A stretch of 64,000 nt of DNA from Parachlamydiales bacterium (GTDB lineage: Bacteria > Chlamydiota > Chlamydiia > Chlamydiales > JAFEGQ01). Location: the NCBI GenBank assembly GCA_050250135.1, contig JBFWPF010000010.1, positions 780 to 64,779 on the forward strand. The letters run 5' to 3'. A model generated the notes under the pieces. The model did no database searches and was not told the DNA's origin. It worked only from the letters and a program-made list of their open reading frames with translations. Within the stretch, counting starts at the first letter, position 1; each line of letters starts with the position of its first letter. Both the position numbers and the translations under genes were made by a program. Below, one piece after another: positions 41,460-51,244 of the stretch.

Positions 41460-44038
41460 GCGCGTGCTCTCTCTAAGGCTGGTCTAAGGCCCGAGGGATC
41501 CCTCCCCCCTGCCTGGGCAAATCCCCTCTTACCGCCCCCTCCCCCTTTGATGAGGGGGGAGATCTCACTGATGAGCGCTTTGGCATCGTGGGGCACATCC
41601 CCTGCCATACGGGCAACGAGCTGGGCCTTGTCGGCCGCTCCCGATCCCAGGACAATCACCCCTTGCTTGAGGTAGGCGGCAATCTCGTCGGCAAGGGCCT
41701 TCAGGTCCTCCTCCTCTACCTGCTCCACCACGCAAGGGAGCGGGCCAATCGCCGTCGCGTTTTCCGCAAGGGCGAGGGCCTTTGCCTTCAGCTCCCTCTT
41801 CTTAGCCATCTTGATTTCGGCAGCGTAGTGGGTGTTCTCCTCCATCAGCTGTGAGGCCCGTTCCAGAAGGTGAGAGCGCTTGGTTTTGAGGAGGGAGGCG
41901 ATCTCCTCTAGCTGCTCTTCGTGGGCCCGGATATGGTCGATCGCCGCCTGACCGGTCAGCGCCACAATCCGGCGCACACCCGCTGCGATACTCCCCTCTT
42001 CGGTGATCAAAAAGGTCCCGATCCTCCCCGAGCGGGTCGTGTGGGTCCCGCCGCAAAGCTCCTTGGAAAAACCCATGTCGATGACGCGGACCCTCGCCCC
42101 ATATTTGTCGCCAAAAAATTGCTTTATATCCTCCCGCTTCTGAGCCTCAGCGTAGGTGAGCTCGTAGGTCTCTACCGGGCAGTCCTCCCGAATCCTGCTG
42201 TTGACCAGGTCTTCGAGCTGCCGAATCTCCTCCTTGGAGAGGGCCTTGTGGTGGTTGAAGTCGAAGCGGAGCCGCTCGGGAGCGACAACCGATCCCGCCT
42301 GCCCCACCTGCTCACCGAGCATCTGCTGGAGGGCCCAGTGGAGGAGGTGGGTGGCAGTGTGGTTAGCGGCAATCTGATCCCGCCGCTCCTGGTCGACCTC
42401 CCCCTTTACCTCGTCACCGAGCTTAAGGGAGCCGTAGACGACCTGACCGTGATGGGCGATCACCCCGGTATAGGGCGACGTCGTATCCTCAACTGAAAAG
42501 CGGGCCTCTTTGGCGTGGAGGTAGCCGGTGTCCCCCACCTGCCCCCCCTTCTCGGCATAGAAGGGGGTCTGATCGAGCACGACAAGCCCCTCCTCCCCCG
42601 CCTCTAGGACCGCCACAGGAAGGCTATCCCGGTAGAGGGCCATCACCTTCCCCTTGGCCTCAAGCTGCCCATAACCCAAAAACTGGGACTCCCCCGATCG
42701 CTTGACCAGGTCAGCGTAGATCCCCTGATCGACCCGCTGCTCGCTCTTCTTGTGGACCCGCTTGGACCGCTCCCTCGCCTCCTCCTCGAGCGCCTGGTAG
42801 CGGTCGAGATCGACGGTGAGAGAGGCATCCCGAGCCAGAAGGACGATCTCCTCAAGGGGAAGGCCATAGGTGTCCTTGAGCTTAAAGGCGTCGTCGCCCG
42901 AAATTGTCCCCCGCTTCCCTGCCCCCTCTACGATCTGGTTGAGGAGATTGCCCCCCCGCAGGAGGGTCCGGAAGAAGGCCTCCTCCTCGGTTGTCAGCAC
43001 CTCCTCGATCTTCTGCGCGGCCCGCTCCAGTTCGGGGAAGTCAGCCCCCATCGCTCCAATCAGTGTCGGGAGGAGGCGCCCCATAAAAGGCTTAGTGAAG
43101 CCCAGCTGCCGCCCATACCGGACCGCCCGCCGCAGCACTTTACGCAGCACATAGCCCCGATCGACGTTGCTCGGAATCGCCCCATCGGCGATCGCAAAGG
43201 CGAGCATCCTCAGGTGGTCGGCGACCACGTGGAAGGGGGCCCGCTCCTCCCCATACTTTTGCCCCGATAGCTCCTCGACCCGCCCAATGATCGCCTGGAG
43301 AACGTCGGTTTCGAAAACTGAGTGCTTCCCTTGCTTTAGCAGGGCAAGTCGCTCCAGGCCTGCGCCGGTATCGACGCAGGGTTTGGGAAGGGGGCGCATC
43401 TGCCCCGTCCCATCCCGCTCATACTGCATAAAGACCAGGTTCCAAAACTCAAAAAAGCGCTCCCCCTCGGTATCCTCGTAGGGGCTCTTCGCCTTCCCAA
43501 AATCGCCCCCCCGGTCGTAGAGGAGCTCTGAACAGGGGCCGCAGGGACCGGTATCTCCCATCGCCCAGAAATTGTCCCGCTCATCCAGCCGCACGATCCG
43601 CTCAGCGGGAAGGTACTGGCGCCATAGCTCATAGGCCTCATCATCTTCCCGGAAGACCGAGGCCCAGATCCTCCCCCCATCAAGGGAGAAGCCCCCCGTC
43701 GCCAGCTCCCAGGCCATCTCGATCGCCTCGGCCTTGAAGTAGTCCCCAAAGGAGAAGTTCCCCAGCATCTCAAAAAGGGTAAGGTGGCGAGTGGTGTGCC
43801 CTACGTTCTCCAAGTCGTTATGCTTGCCCCCCACCCGGACACACTTTTGGCTGCTCGCTGCCCTCTTGTAGTCGGCTGCCCGCTTGCCCAAAAAAAGATC
43901 CTTAAACTGCACCATCCCCGCGTTGACAAAGAGGAGGGTTGGGTCGTCGTGAGGGACGACCGGCGCTGAGGGGACCCGGGTATGGCCCCGCCCCACAAAG
44001 TAATCTAAAAATTTCTTTCTAATCTGATGACTGAGCAT
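41435..44038 (-). CDS. alaS: Alanine--tRNA ligase
   Basis: 867 aa. N-terminal FFVGRGHTRVPSAPVVP, FEMLGNFSFGDYFK, WNLVFMQYERD, editing domain HTATHLLH, C-terminal DHHA1-like GGGGG. Confidence 0.95.
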   Translation of the reverse strand: MLSHQIRKKFLDYFVGRGHTRVPSAPVVPHDDPTLLFVNAGMVQFKDLFLGKRAADYKRAASSQKCVRVGGKHNDLENVGHTTRHLTLFEMLGNFSFGDYFKAEAIEMAWELATGGFSLDGGRIWASVFREDDEAYELWRQYLPAERIVRLDERDNFWAMGDTGPCGPCSELLYDRGGDFGKAKSPYEDTEGERFFEFWNLVFMQYERDGTGQMRPLPKPCVDTGAGLERLALLKQGKHSVFETDVLQAIIGRVEELSGQKYGEERAPFHVVADHLRMLAFAIADGAIPSNVDRGYVLRKVLRRAVRYGRQLGFTKPFMGRLLPTLIGAMGADFPELERAAQKIEEVLTTEEEAFFRTLLRGGNLLNQIVEGAGKRGTISGDDAFKLKDTYGLPLEEIVLLARDASLTVDLDRYQALEEEARERSKRVHKKSEQRVDQGIYADLVKRSGESQFLGYGQLEAKGKVMALYRDSLPVAVLEAGEEGLVVLDQTPFYAEKGGQVGDTGYLHAKEARFSVEDTTSPYTGVIAHHGQVVYGSLKLGDEVKGEVDQERRDQIAANHTATHLLHWALQQMLGEQVGQAGSVVAPERLRFDFNHHKALSKEEIRQLEDLVNSRIREDCPVETYELTYAEAQKREDIKQFFGDKYGARVRVIDMGFSKELCGGTHTTRSGRIGTFLITEEGSIAAGVRRIVALTGQAAIDHIRAHEEQLEEIASLLKTKRSHLLERASQLMEENTHYAAEIKMAKKRELKAKALALAENATAIGPLPCVVEQVEEEDLKALADEIAAYLKQGVIVLGSGAADKAQLVARMAGDVPHDAKALISEISPLIKGGGGGKRGFAQAGGRDPSGLRPALERARAWIASHPS

Positions 44039-44156
44039 GGCGTAGAGGGGTTAAAGCCACCCATCCTAACCCTCAGGGTCATTCTTGAACATAAGCCATT
44101 GACGCCGATCTTGATTTTTACTTAACATATGCCTGCACCCCAAAACAAAGGAGGAG

Positions 44157-44555
44157 ATGATGTCATTCATCGATGTTCTGCAAAAAACCGGGTCGACCCT
44201 CTGCTACGGCGCTGCCGGACTCAGCACCTGCTCGTGCCTGCTCGTCACTTCTGAGCTTGTACGACGCCTGCTCGCTCAACTACCCGATGTCGTCCAGGAG
44301 CCCGTTACCGGCCCTGCCAACTGGGTGGATGAGAAGATCAATCATGTGGGTTCTGACTTCTGCAAGATTATCTTTCCCAACCGGACGAAGGAGACGAAGC
44401 ACCTAGTCGCAACGGCCCTCGTGACGTGGTTTGCGGCTATCCTCCTCTTTGAGGTGGCTCGCCGCTACATTGGGCAGCCCTACCAAATTCCCAACCCGAC
44501 GATCCTGACCTTCCGAGGGGATAGCATTCTGGCAGCAGCTGGATTGGCTAAATAG
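44157..44555 (+). CDS. Hypothetical protein, lineage-specific
   Basis: 132-aa ORF with AAGGAGGAG upstream of the ATGATG start and one clear hydrophobic helix (ATALVTWFAAILLF). Confidence 0.5.
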   Translation: MMSFIDVLQKTGSTLCYGAAGLSTCSCLLVTSELVRRLLAQLPDVVQEPVTGPANWVDEKINHVGSDFCKIIFPNRTKETKHLVATALVTWFAAILLFEVARRYIGQPYQIPNPTILTFRGDSILAAAGLAK

Positions 44556-45018
44556 CATCCTCAGGGCGGACGATCCGCTCGACCTCTCCTTTCCCGAAGA
44601 GGGGAACCTCATCAAAGGTGATGAGGACCGCCCCACTCTTGACGAGACCGGGAAAGGAGAGGGTCCCCACGCACCGGTTCAGAAAGGCTGCCAGGGTCGG
44701 GTCGTGCCCGACAAACAAGGTCGTTTTTCCCGGTACAATCCGCTGTAGCATCCGCTCGTCATCAAAAGAGGGGCCGAGGCTCTCTTCAGTGTGGAGATCG
44801 CCGCCGAGCGCCTCAACCAAAATCTCCGCTGTCTGAAGTGCCCTGAGCAGGGGTGAGGTATAGGCCATGTCGACCCGTACTCCAAGATCATGAAGGTAGG
44901 CGGCAACAGCCCGCTGTACCTGGCTCCCCTCCTCAGAGAGGGGGCGCAAGGCGTCGTCAGGGTAGTCGGCTGCCGGTTCTGGCTTAGCATGGCGAACCGC
45001 AATGAGTCGTGTGGGCAT
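44548..45018 (-). CDS. Histidine phosphatase family protein (SixA-like)
   Basis: N-terminal LIAVRHAKP (RHG-type catalytic motif), TSPLLRALQTAE, C-terminal VGHDPTL. Start at ATG 45018 or GTG 45024. Confidence 0.7.
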   Translation of the reverse strand: MPTRLIAVRHAKPEPAADYPDDALRPLSEEGSQVQRAVAAYLHDLGVRVDMAYTSPLLRALQTAEILVEALGGDLHTEESLGPSFDDERMLQRIVPGKTTLFVGHDPTLAAFLNRCVGTLSFPGLVKSGAVLITFDEVPLFGKGEVERIVRPEDAI

Positions 45019-45127
45019 CCCCACCGCTATACCTCACCGCTCTCTTTTTCCGCTTGTTAGCAACCAACAAAAAAATACACTTAGCACGGGCAAATATCTG
45101 GCGAAACTATCGGAAATGACCTTTCAT

Positions 45128-45156
45128 TTGCCACAAATTAATGACCCCTTTACAAT
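45128..45156 (+). promoter_or_regulatory. Sigma-70/66-type promoter candidate
   Basis: TTGCCA (45128-45133), 17 nt, TACAAT (45151-45156), ~55 nt upstream of the 45213 ORF. Confidence 0.4.
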
Positions 45157-45212
45157 ACTCGAAGCATCGGAGTGATTTTGAGAGGAAGGAAATCCATTAA
45201 AGGAGAAATTTT

Positions 45213-45746
45213 ATGACAGCACTTACAGCACTACAACACGTGCAGAACGCAGCGCTTACTTTAGGCCTTCGTGGGCCTGCGCTCGCCGCTCAGCTGGCAG
45301 CCGTTGGCGCCGGCCTTGAAGCGGGGATCAAAGTTGCAGGGATTATCGCCAGCCCCATCGGTGGCGAGTACCTCTCCAACTACTTCACAGCCAAATTTGC
45401 AAAAGATCAGGAAGGAAAGTGGGTAATCGACAATACAAACGGTGAGCGCACCCTAGGTGGGCGCGCCTTCGAGGCTATCCATGGCGCAGAGGTGATTGCG
45501 GCGATCCGCCCCTTCAAGGAGAAGAGTATTGCCCACAACCTGCTGACCTTTGCCGGCCTGGGCGTCCTCTCGGTGGGGGCATTGCAACTCGTCCACCTTG
45601 CGGGTGGTCAGCCCCACTGGCTGTACAACTCGATTGCCGAGAAGCTCGGGTTCACCCTCCGGCTTACCGAGGTCTCTCCCTGGAGCCAAATTAAGGTTTC
45701 CATTGGGCAACTGAAAGACCTTTGGAATAGCCGAGCAGCTGCTTAA
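45213..45746 (+). CDS. Hypothetical protein, lineage-specific
   Basis: 177-aa ORF with AAAGGAG upstream, its own promoter-like element and a strong terminator. Ala/Gly-rich N-terminus and one hydrophobic segment (LLTFAGLGVLSVGALQLV). Confidence 0.6.
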   Translation: MTALTALQHVQNAALTLGLRGPALAAQLAAVGAGLEAGIKVAGIIASPIGGEYLSNYFTAKFAKDQEGKWVIDNTNGERTLGGRAFEAIHGAEVIAAIRPFKEKSIAHNLLTFAGLGVLSVGALQLVHLAGGQPHWLYNSIAEKLGFTLRLTEVSPWSQIKVSIGQLKDLWNSRAAA

Positions 45747-45761
45747 GGCTTAGTCGCTGCT

Positions 45762-45797
45762 GCCCCTCACCCCTGTCCGGGTGAGGGGCTTTTTTTT
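45762..45797 (+). terminator. Rho-independent terminator
   Basis: Perfect 10-bp stem GCCCCTCACC / GGTGAGGGGC with an 8-nt loop, followed by T8. Confidence 0.8.
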
Positions 45798-45863
45798 CCC
45801 CGTTTTTTCTTGATAAGATCAAGGGAAGGGCCTAGTTTTCAGAACAACTAGTGGAGGCGGGAA

Positions 45864-47852
45864 ATGGACGACGAACTAAAAAAGAATCTTTATAAGATTG
45901 CAGGGACCATTCGGGGCCTAGCAATGGATGCGGTCCAGAAGGCCAACTCGGGCCATCCGGGTCTCCCCTTGGGCTGCGCTGAGCTTGGCGCCTACCTCTA
46001 CGGCCATGCCCTCCGCCACAACCCGGCTAACTCAAGCTGGCTAAACCGGGACCGCTTTGTCCTTTCTGCTGGCCATGGGTGCATGCTCCAGTATGCCTGC
46101 TGCCACCTGGCCGGCTTTAAGCTGTCGCTCGATGAGATCAAGCGGTTTCGGCAGCTCCACTCCCAGACGCCGGGCCACCCCGAGTTTGGCCACACCGATG
46201 GGATCGAGGTCACAACGGGCCCCCTCGGGCAGGGGGTCGGAAATGCGGTGGGCCTTGCGCTCGGCGGGAAGGTCTTGGCCGCTCAGTTCAATACCCCTAC
46301 CCATGCCCTCTTTGACTACAAGGTCTACTGCCTAGCGGGCGACGGGTGCATCATGGAGGGGGTGAGCGCAGAGGTGTCGTCGCTAGCGGGACACCTCGGC
46401 CTCGACAACCTGATCCTGATCTACGACTACAACCAGATCTGCCTCGACGGCCCCATCTCAGAGTGCCTCTCTGAAGACACGAAAAAGCGGTACGAGGGGT
46501 ATGGCTGGGAGGTCTACGAGATCGACGGCTACGACCTCGACGCAATGGATCAGACCCTGACCCACATCCGGAAGCATCAGAAAAAGCCGGCCCTTGTCCT
46601 CTGCCACACCGTCATCGGAAAGGGCTCTCCCCACAAAGCGGGAAGCCACAAGGCCCACGGCTCTCCTTTGGGTGCCGAAGAGGTTAAGCTGACAAAAGAG
46701 GCTCTGGGGCTCCCTGAGGAGGAGTTTTTTATCCCCCAAGCGGTGCAGAACTTCTTCAAGGCAAAGCAAAAACGGGATGCCGAGGCGGAGGAGCGGTGGC
46801 AGGTCCTTTTCAACGAGTGGTCCAAGGTCAACGGCGACAAGCGGAAGATCTTTGATGCGATGCGGGAAAAGCACCTCCCTGCCGACCTCGAGGAGCAGCT
46901 GAGAAAGCTCCCGATCACTAGCCCGATCGCCGGGCGCAATGCGGCCCAGGAGTGCCTGAATTTCCTCGGCGACGCCCTCCCCCAGTTGATCGGGGGCTCG
47001 GCCGACCTTTCGGGCTCCGACATGACGATGATGAAACACTTTCCGATCATCACCCCCCACGACTTCAAAGGGAAGAACATCAAGTACGGCGTGCGCGAAT
47101 TCGGTATGGCCACGGTCGCCACCGGCTTAGCGCGTACCGGGATGCTCACCCCCTTCATCGGGACCTTCTGCACCTTTTCTGACTACATGCGCAATGCCGT
47201 CCGCCTCGCCTCGCTTGCGCGGATTCAGGTCATCTACCAGTTCACCCATGACTCGATCTTCCTGGGCGAGGATGGCCCGACCCACCAAGCGGTGGAGCAC
47301 TACATGGCGCTCCGGGCGATCCCCCATCTTCACGTGATCCGCCCGGGAGATGCCAACGAGGTAAAGATGGCCTGGCTAGCCGCTTTGCGCTACAAGGGAC
47401 CGACCGCCCTTATCCTCTCCCGCCAAAAGCTCCCGGCCCTCCAGGGCACCGACCTCCCCTACGAAGAGGGGGTGGGGCGGGGTGCCTATATCCTCCGCAA
47501 GGAAAAATCGGGCCCCGACTACACCCTGATCGCCACCGGCTCAGAGCTCCATCTCGCCTCGGACGTGGCCGATGCCCTCGAGAAGATGGGCAAGGGGGTC
47601 AGGGTTATCTCGATGCCCTGCTGGGAGCTCTTCGAGCACCAATCAGAGGACTATAAGAAGGGAATTCTCGGAGGCAACCTGGGCAAGCGGGTTAGCCTTG
47701 AGGCGGGGGTCGACCAGGGGTGGTACAAGTATATCGGTCGCGATGGGATTGCCATCTCCCAGGATGACTTTGGCGCTTCAGCCCCAGCCGACGCCCTGGC
47801 TCAGGAATTTGGCTTCACGACCGAAGCGGTCCTCGAGCGAATCCTCGACTGA
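45864..47852 (+). CDS. tkt: Transketolase
   Basis: 662 aa. SGHPG, GDGCIMEG (TPP binding) and THDSIFLGEDGPTHQ. Confidence 0.95.
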   Translation: MDDELKKNLYKIAGTIRGLAMDAVQKANSGHPGLPLGCAELGAYLYGHALRHNPANSSWLNRDRFVLSAGHGCMLQYACCHLAGFKLSLDEIKRFRQLHSQTPGHPEFGHTDGIEVTTGPLGQGVGNAVGLALGGKVLAAQFNTPTHALFDYKVYCLAGDGCIMEGVSAEVSSLAGHLGLDNLILIYDYNQICLDGPISECLSEDTKKRYEGYGWEVYEIDGYDLDAMDQTLTHIRKHQKKPALVLCHTVIGKGSPHKAGSHKAHGSPLGAEEVKLTKEALGLPEEEFFIPQAVQNFFKAKQKRDAEAEERWQVLFNEWSKVNGDKRKIFDAMREKHLPADLEEQLRKLPITSPIAGRNAAQECLNFLGDALPQLIGGSADLSGSDMTMMKHFPIITPHDFKGKNIKYGVREFGMATVATGLARTGMLTPFIGTFCTFSDYMRNAVRLASLARIQVIYQFTHDSIFLGEDGPTHQAVEHYMALRAIPHLHVIRPGDANEVKMAWLAALRYKGPTALILSRQKLPALQGTDLPYEEGVGRGAYILRKEKSGPDYTLIATGSELHLASDVADALEKMGKGVRVISMPCWELFEHQSEDYKKGILGGNLGKRVSLEAGVDQGWYKYIGRDGIAISQDDFGASAPADALAQEFGFTTEAVLERILD

Positions 47853-48022
47853 TAACGCCTTTTGCCGAGCTTTCCACAGGCGATGGAGCCAAGATTGTGG
47901 TGATCCATCGGGCTCCGCCTACCTGGGACAAGGTCGGGCAGCTCCAGGCTCTCTAGGGGCCTTAAGCCCCCATCAAGGGAAAATGAGTAACAAATTCATT
48001 TAGAGAAACTTATGCACATCGC

Positions 48023-48051
48023 TTGCCTTACTGCCTATATTTCTGCATAAT
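48023..48051 (+). promoter_or_regulatory. Promoter candidate for the abiE pair
   Basis: TTGCCT (48023-48028), 17 nt, CATAAT (48046-48051), 22 nt upstream of ATG 48073. An AT-rich island follows the GC-rich tkt. Confidence 0.35.
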
Positions 48052-48072
48052 CCCTATAAAAACTGAGGTTTT

Positions 48073-48699
48073 ATGAAGCCCCGAGACCGGCTCTACCAGG
48101 TTGCTTACCGCCAGCAGGGCTACTTTACTGCCCGTCAAGCGGCCCTAGCAGGCTATGCTGACAGCGCTCCCGCTTACCACATTGCCGCTGGCAACTGGAT
48201 CCGTGAAGATCGGGGCATCTACCGCCTCGCCCATTTTCCCAACCATCCCGATAGTGACGCCATGGTCTGCTGGCTCTGGACCTCCAACCGTGAGGGCCGA
48301 CCTCTTGGTGTCTTGTCCCATCAGAGCGCACTAGATCTGCATGACCTGTGCGATATTAATCCACGCAAATGGCACATGACTGTTCCAAAGGGCTTTCGCA
48401 GAGCAGTCATACCTGGAACCTTGGTTCTTCATAAGGAAAGCTTGGGCGATGAAGATATCACGAGTTATTCTGGCCTACCCATCACCACCCTTTTCCGCAC
48501 CCTTTATGATCTAATTTGGGAACAATCGGTCGCTCCAGAACAACTCGTCATGGCCATTGATACTGCTCTGAAAAGGGGCCTCCTAGACAAAAAAACCCTT
48601 GCAAAGTTGCGTAACGCGCTCCATCCTAACTCCAAGTTTATCGATTTCCTGCTGGAGAGCTTGGAACATGGAGATCAAGCACTACAAGAGGCCTTGTGA
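48073..48699 (+). CDS. abiEi: AbiEi-family antitoxin / transcriptional regulator (type IV TA)
   Basis: 208 aa. N-terminal GYFTARQAALAGY...AAGNWIREDRGIYRLA winged-helix region typical of AbiEi_4 proteins. Overlaps the partner gene by 32 nt. Confidence 0.8.
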   Translation: MKPRDRLYQVAYRQQGYFTARQAALAGYADSAPAYHIAAGNWIREDRGIYRLAHFPNHPDSDAMVCWLWTSNREGRPLGVLSHQSALDLHDLCDINPRKWHMTVPKGFRRAVIPGTLVLHKESLGDEDITSYSGLPITTLFRTLYDLIWEQSVAPEQLVMAIDTALKRGLLDKKTLAKLRNALHPNSKFIDFLLESLEHGDQALQEAL

Positions 48700-49540
48700 T
48701 TTTCTTGAAGGTCTCAATGCTCGGCTACGGAACATTGCCAAATCGGAAAACCGACCTATCCGTTCTATCCGAAGACAGGTGGCCTTTGATCGGCTATGGG
48801 CCCGCCTGAGTCACTGCCGGCCCAATCCTTGGGTACTCAAGGGGGGACACGCGATGGAACTTCACTATCGCAAAGCCCGCGCGACCCGAGATATGGACCT
48901 AACGGCTGCACCCCCGCGCGGCTCTCAGCCTATAGCCGCTACTGAGGAACTTGCTGCTACCTTTCGGATTCACGATTTGCCTACGATCGATGATCACTTC
49001 CGCTTCCATACCATTGGGCGATGGCAACCTCTTCAAGTCCCTACCATCGGCATCCGCCAGCTCGTCGATGTCTTCATCGCTGATCAACAATTCGACAGAT
49101 TCCACGTTGATCTGACAACCAGCGATGGGCCGATCTCGCCCCTGCTTCACCTCCCAGGGGAAGACTGGCTGGGTTTTGCAGGGATCGCACCCGCACAAAT
49201 TGTCACTCTCAGCAAGGAGCAGCAGGCCGCGGAGAAATTTCACGCCTACACCGCCCCAAGAACAACACCCAATACCCGAGTCAAGGACCTGATCGACCTT
49301 CTGCTGCTCACCCGCGATTCCCAATGTGATCCCTATCAGTTGGTAGAAAAAATGCACTCTCTTTTCAGTAGCCGGGGCTCACACCCGCTGCCAGACTGCC
49401 TGTTTCCTCCTCCAGCTGAATGGGCCCTCCCCTTTCACGAAATGGCACGGGAGTGTGGCTTTCCCCTCTCCCTACAACAAGCCTTTGAAGAGATTGCCGC
49501 CTACTATGACCACCTCCCCCTAGAGGCGGTCCATGCGTGA
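48668..49540 (+). CDS. abiEii: AbiEii/AbiGii-family nucleotidyltransferase toxin (DUF1814)
   Basis: 290 aa from ATG 48668 (MEIKHYKRPCDFLEGLNARLRNIAKSENRPIRSIRRQVAFDRLWARL...VLKGGHAMEL...TRDMDL). Pairing with AbiEi upstream is the canonical arrangement. Confidence 0.8.
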   Translation: MEIKHYKRPCDFLEGLNARLRNIAKSENRPIRSIRRQVAFDRLWARLSHCRPNPWVLKGGHAMELHYRKARATRDMDLTAAPPRGSQPIAATEELAATFRIHDLPTIDDHFRFHTIGRWQPLQVPTIGIRQLVDVFIADQQFDRFHVDLTTSDGPISPLLHLPGEDWLGFAGIAPAQIVTLSKEQQAAEKFHAYTAPRTTPNTRVKDLIDLLLLTRDSQCDPYQLVEKMHSLFSSRGSHPLPDCLFPPPAEWALPFHEMARECGFPLSLQQAFEEIAAYYDHLPLEAVHA

Positions 49541-50750
49541 GAGCTGCCTGGTCCTAGGGGGAGGGATCACGGGGCTGGCGTGCGCTTATGAGCTGCAAAA
49601 ACAGGGAAAGCAGGTCACGCTGCTGGAGGCTTCAGGGCGACTCGGGGGCTGGATCGAGACCGAGCGGGGGGAATTTCTGTTCGAGAAGGGGCCAAAGAGT
49701 GTGTCGGCAGCCGCTCTCCCCTTCATCGAGGAGCTCGATCTTGGCCATGAGGTGATCTGGGCACAAACCCCAAGAAGATACCTATGGTGGAACGGCAGGC
49801 TCCACAAGGTCCCCACCACTCCTCTAGGGGTCATGGTGAGCCCCGTAATGAAGGGGATCCGATTAGCTCTACTCAAAGAGCCCCTTATCGGCCGCTATGA
49901 CAAAGAGGATGAGTCGATCGGTCACTTCCTGATCCGCCGCTTCAACAAGGCTCTACTGGACCGGCTTGTCCACCCCTTCACAATGGCTCTCTATGGGAGT
50001 AGCCCCGCCGAGCTCTCGATCCGCTCTACCCTCCCCCACCTCTGGCAGCTGGAGCAGCAAAAGGGCTCGGTGATCCGAGGGATGGTGGGGCGGAGGCGCC
50101 AGCCACGGTTTTTCTCCTTTAAGCGGGGCCTCTCCCGGCTGGCGGAACGGCTCGGCGAGCGGCTTGAGGCAGAGATCGTGCTGAATTGCCCAGCGGAGAA
50201 GATCCGGTGCCACCGCGATCGGGTCGAGGTCGAAGCGGGAGGGAGGTCTTTTGTTGCCGACCATGCCTACGCTGCCCTCCCGCCGCCAGCCCTGGAGAGG
50301 CTCACCCGGGCACCCAAGGTTAGGGTTGAATCGGTCGGGAGGGTCGACCTGGGGTGGCGCAAAGGGGTGCTGAAAATGGCGGGGTCGGGCTACCTGGTCC
50401 CCTCAAGCGAAGAGGAGAGGATCTGGGGGGCCAGTTGGGACTCGGCGATCTTCCCCGAGCAGAATGGGAGGGCGGGTGAGACCCGGATCACGGTGATGAT
50501 GGCTGAGCCCACTGTTGAGGGTGCGCTAGAGGCGGTGGGGCGCCACCTGGGAATCGATGAGGTGCCCGATTTTGCCTCTGCCTACCGGATCGAGGGGGCG
50601 ATACCGCAGTACGGGTATGGGCATGCCGAAAGGACCCAGCGGATGGAGCGGGATCTGCCCAAAAGACTCACCATTGTCGGCTCCTCTTTCTACGGAGTGT
50701 CGGTAAGCGATTGCATCAGCTCAGCACAAGCGGGTGGGTCCTCTCGTTGA
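49533..50750 (+). CDS. hemY: Protoporphyrinogen/coproporphyrinogen oxidase (HemY family, FAD-dependent)
   Basis: 405 aa. N-terminal Rossmann VLGGGITGLACAYEL...LLEASGRLGGW. Start overlaps the abiEii stop by 8 nt. Confidence 0.8.
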   Translation: MRESCLVLGGGITGLACAYELQKQGKQVTLLEASGRLGGWIETERGEFLFEKGPKSVSAAALPFIEELDLGHEVIWAQTPRRYLWWNGRLHKVPTTPLGVMVSPVMKGIRLALLKEPLIGRYDKEDESIGHFLIRRFNKALLDRLVHPFTMALYGSSPAELSIRSTLPHLWQLEQQKGSVIRGMVGRRRQPRFFSFKRGLSRLAERLGERLEAEIVLNCPAEKIRCHRDRVEVEAGGRSFVADHAYAALPPPALERLTRAPKVRVESVGRVDLGWRKGVLKMAGSGYLVPSSEEERIWGASWDSAIFPEQNGRAGETRITVMMAEPTVEGALEAVGRHLGIDEVPDFASAYRIEGAIPQYGYGHAERTQRMERDLPKRLTIVGSSFYGVSVSDCISSAQAGGSSR

Positions 50751-51207
50751 GCCGGTCCCCATAATCGTATCCCAAAGTCCGCAAAGTGGACCGATAGGGA
50801 TCGCGCCCGTTTCGGGTGTAGACCGCGCCGGCGGTCCCATAGACGACCAAGAGGCCGGGCCCGAGATTGAGAGGGGCTGTCTTAGAAAAGAAGGTGGCCA
50901 CCCCGTTGGGGTCGAGGTGCCACCCCCCCACTACCCCCTGAAAGGCGCTCATCTCTTCCAGCGTAGCCCCCTCCAAAAGGGTGATCCGCTGGTCGTAGAG
51001 GAGGCGCAAGGGGCGGACGGCGATCAGTTGGGTCGCAACCTCAGCTAACTTTTTGCTTTTCACTAAAAGGGCAATCGCCTCATCTCCCCGCCATAGGTCC
51101 CTCCCCTCCCCTTCCGGGAGGACAAAAGGGGTGAAGAGCCCTTCAAAAGCGATAGAGCCGTGCTGCTTGAAATAGTGGTGGTGATCGCTTACGAGGGCAT
51201 AACGCAT
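50716..51207 (-). CDS. Conserved chlamydial hypothetical protein, possibly CT296/DcrA-like
   Basis: 163 aa. N-terminus HHHYFKQHGSIAFEGLF resembles my recollection of C. trachomatis CT296 (HKRYFQNHGHILFEGL). It also sits divergently next to rnc-radA, as CT296 does. Confidence 0.5.
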   Translation of the reverse strand: MRYALVSDHHHYFKQHGSIAFEGLFTPFVLPEGEGRDLWRGDEAIALLVKSKKLAEVATQLIAVRPLRLLYDQRITLLEGATLEEMSAFQGVVGGWHLDPNGVATFFSKTAPLNLGPGLLVVYGTAGAVYTRNGRDPYRSTLRTLGYDYGDRLNERTHPLVLS

Positions 51208-51244
51208 GCTGGGATTATACAGGATGAGTGCGTAAAATGGTGCT

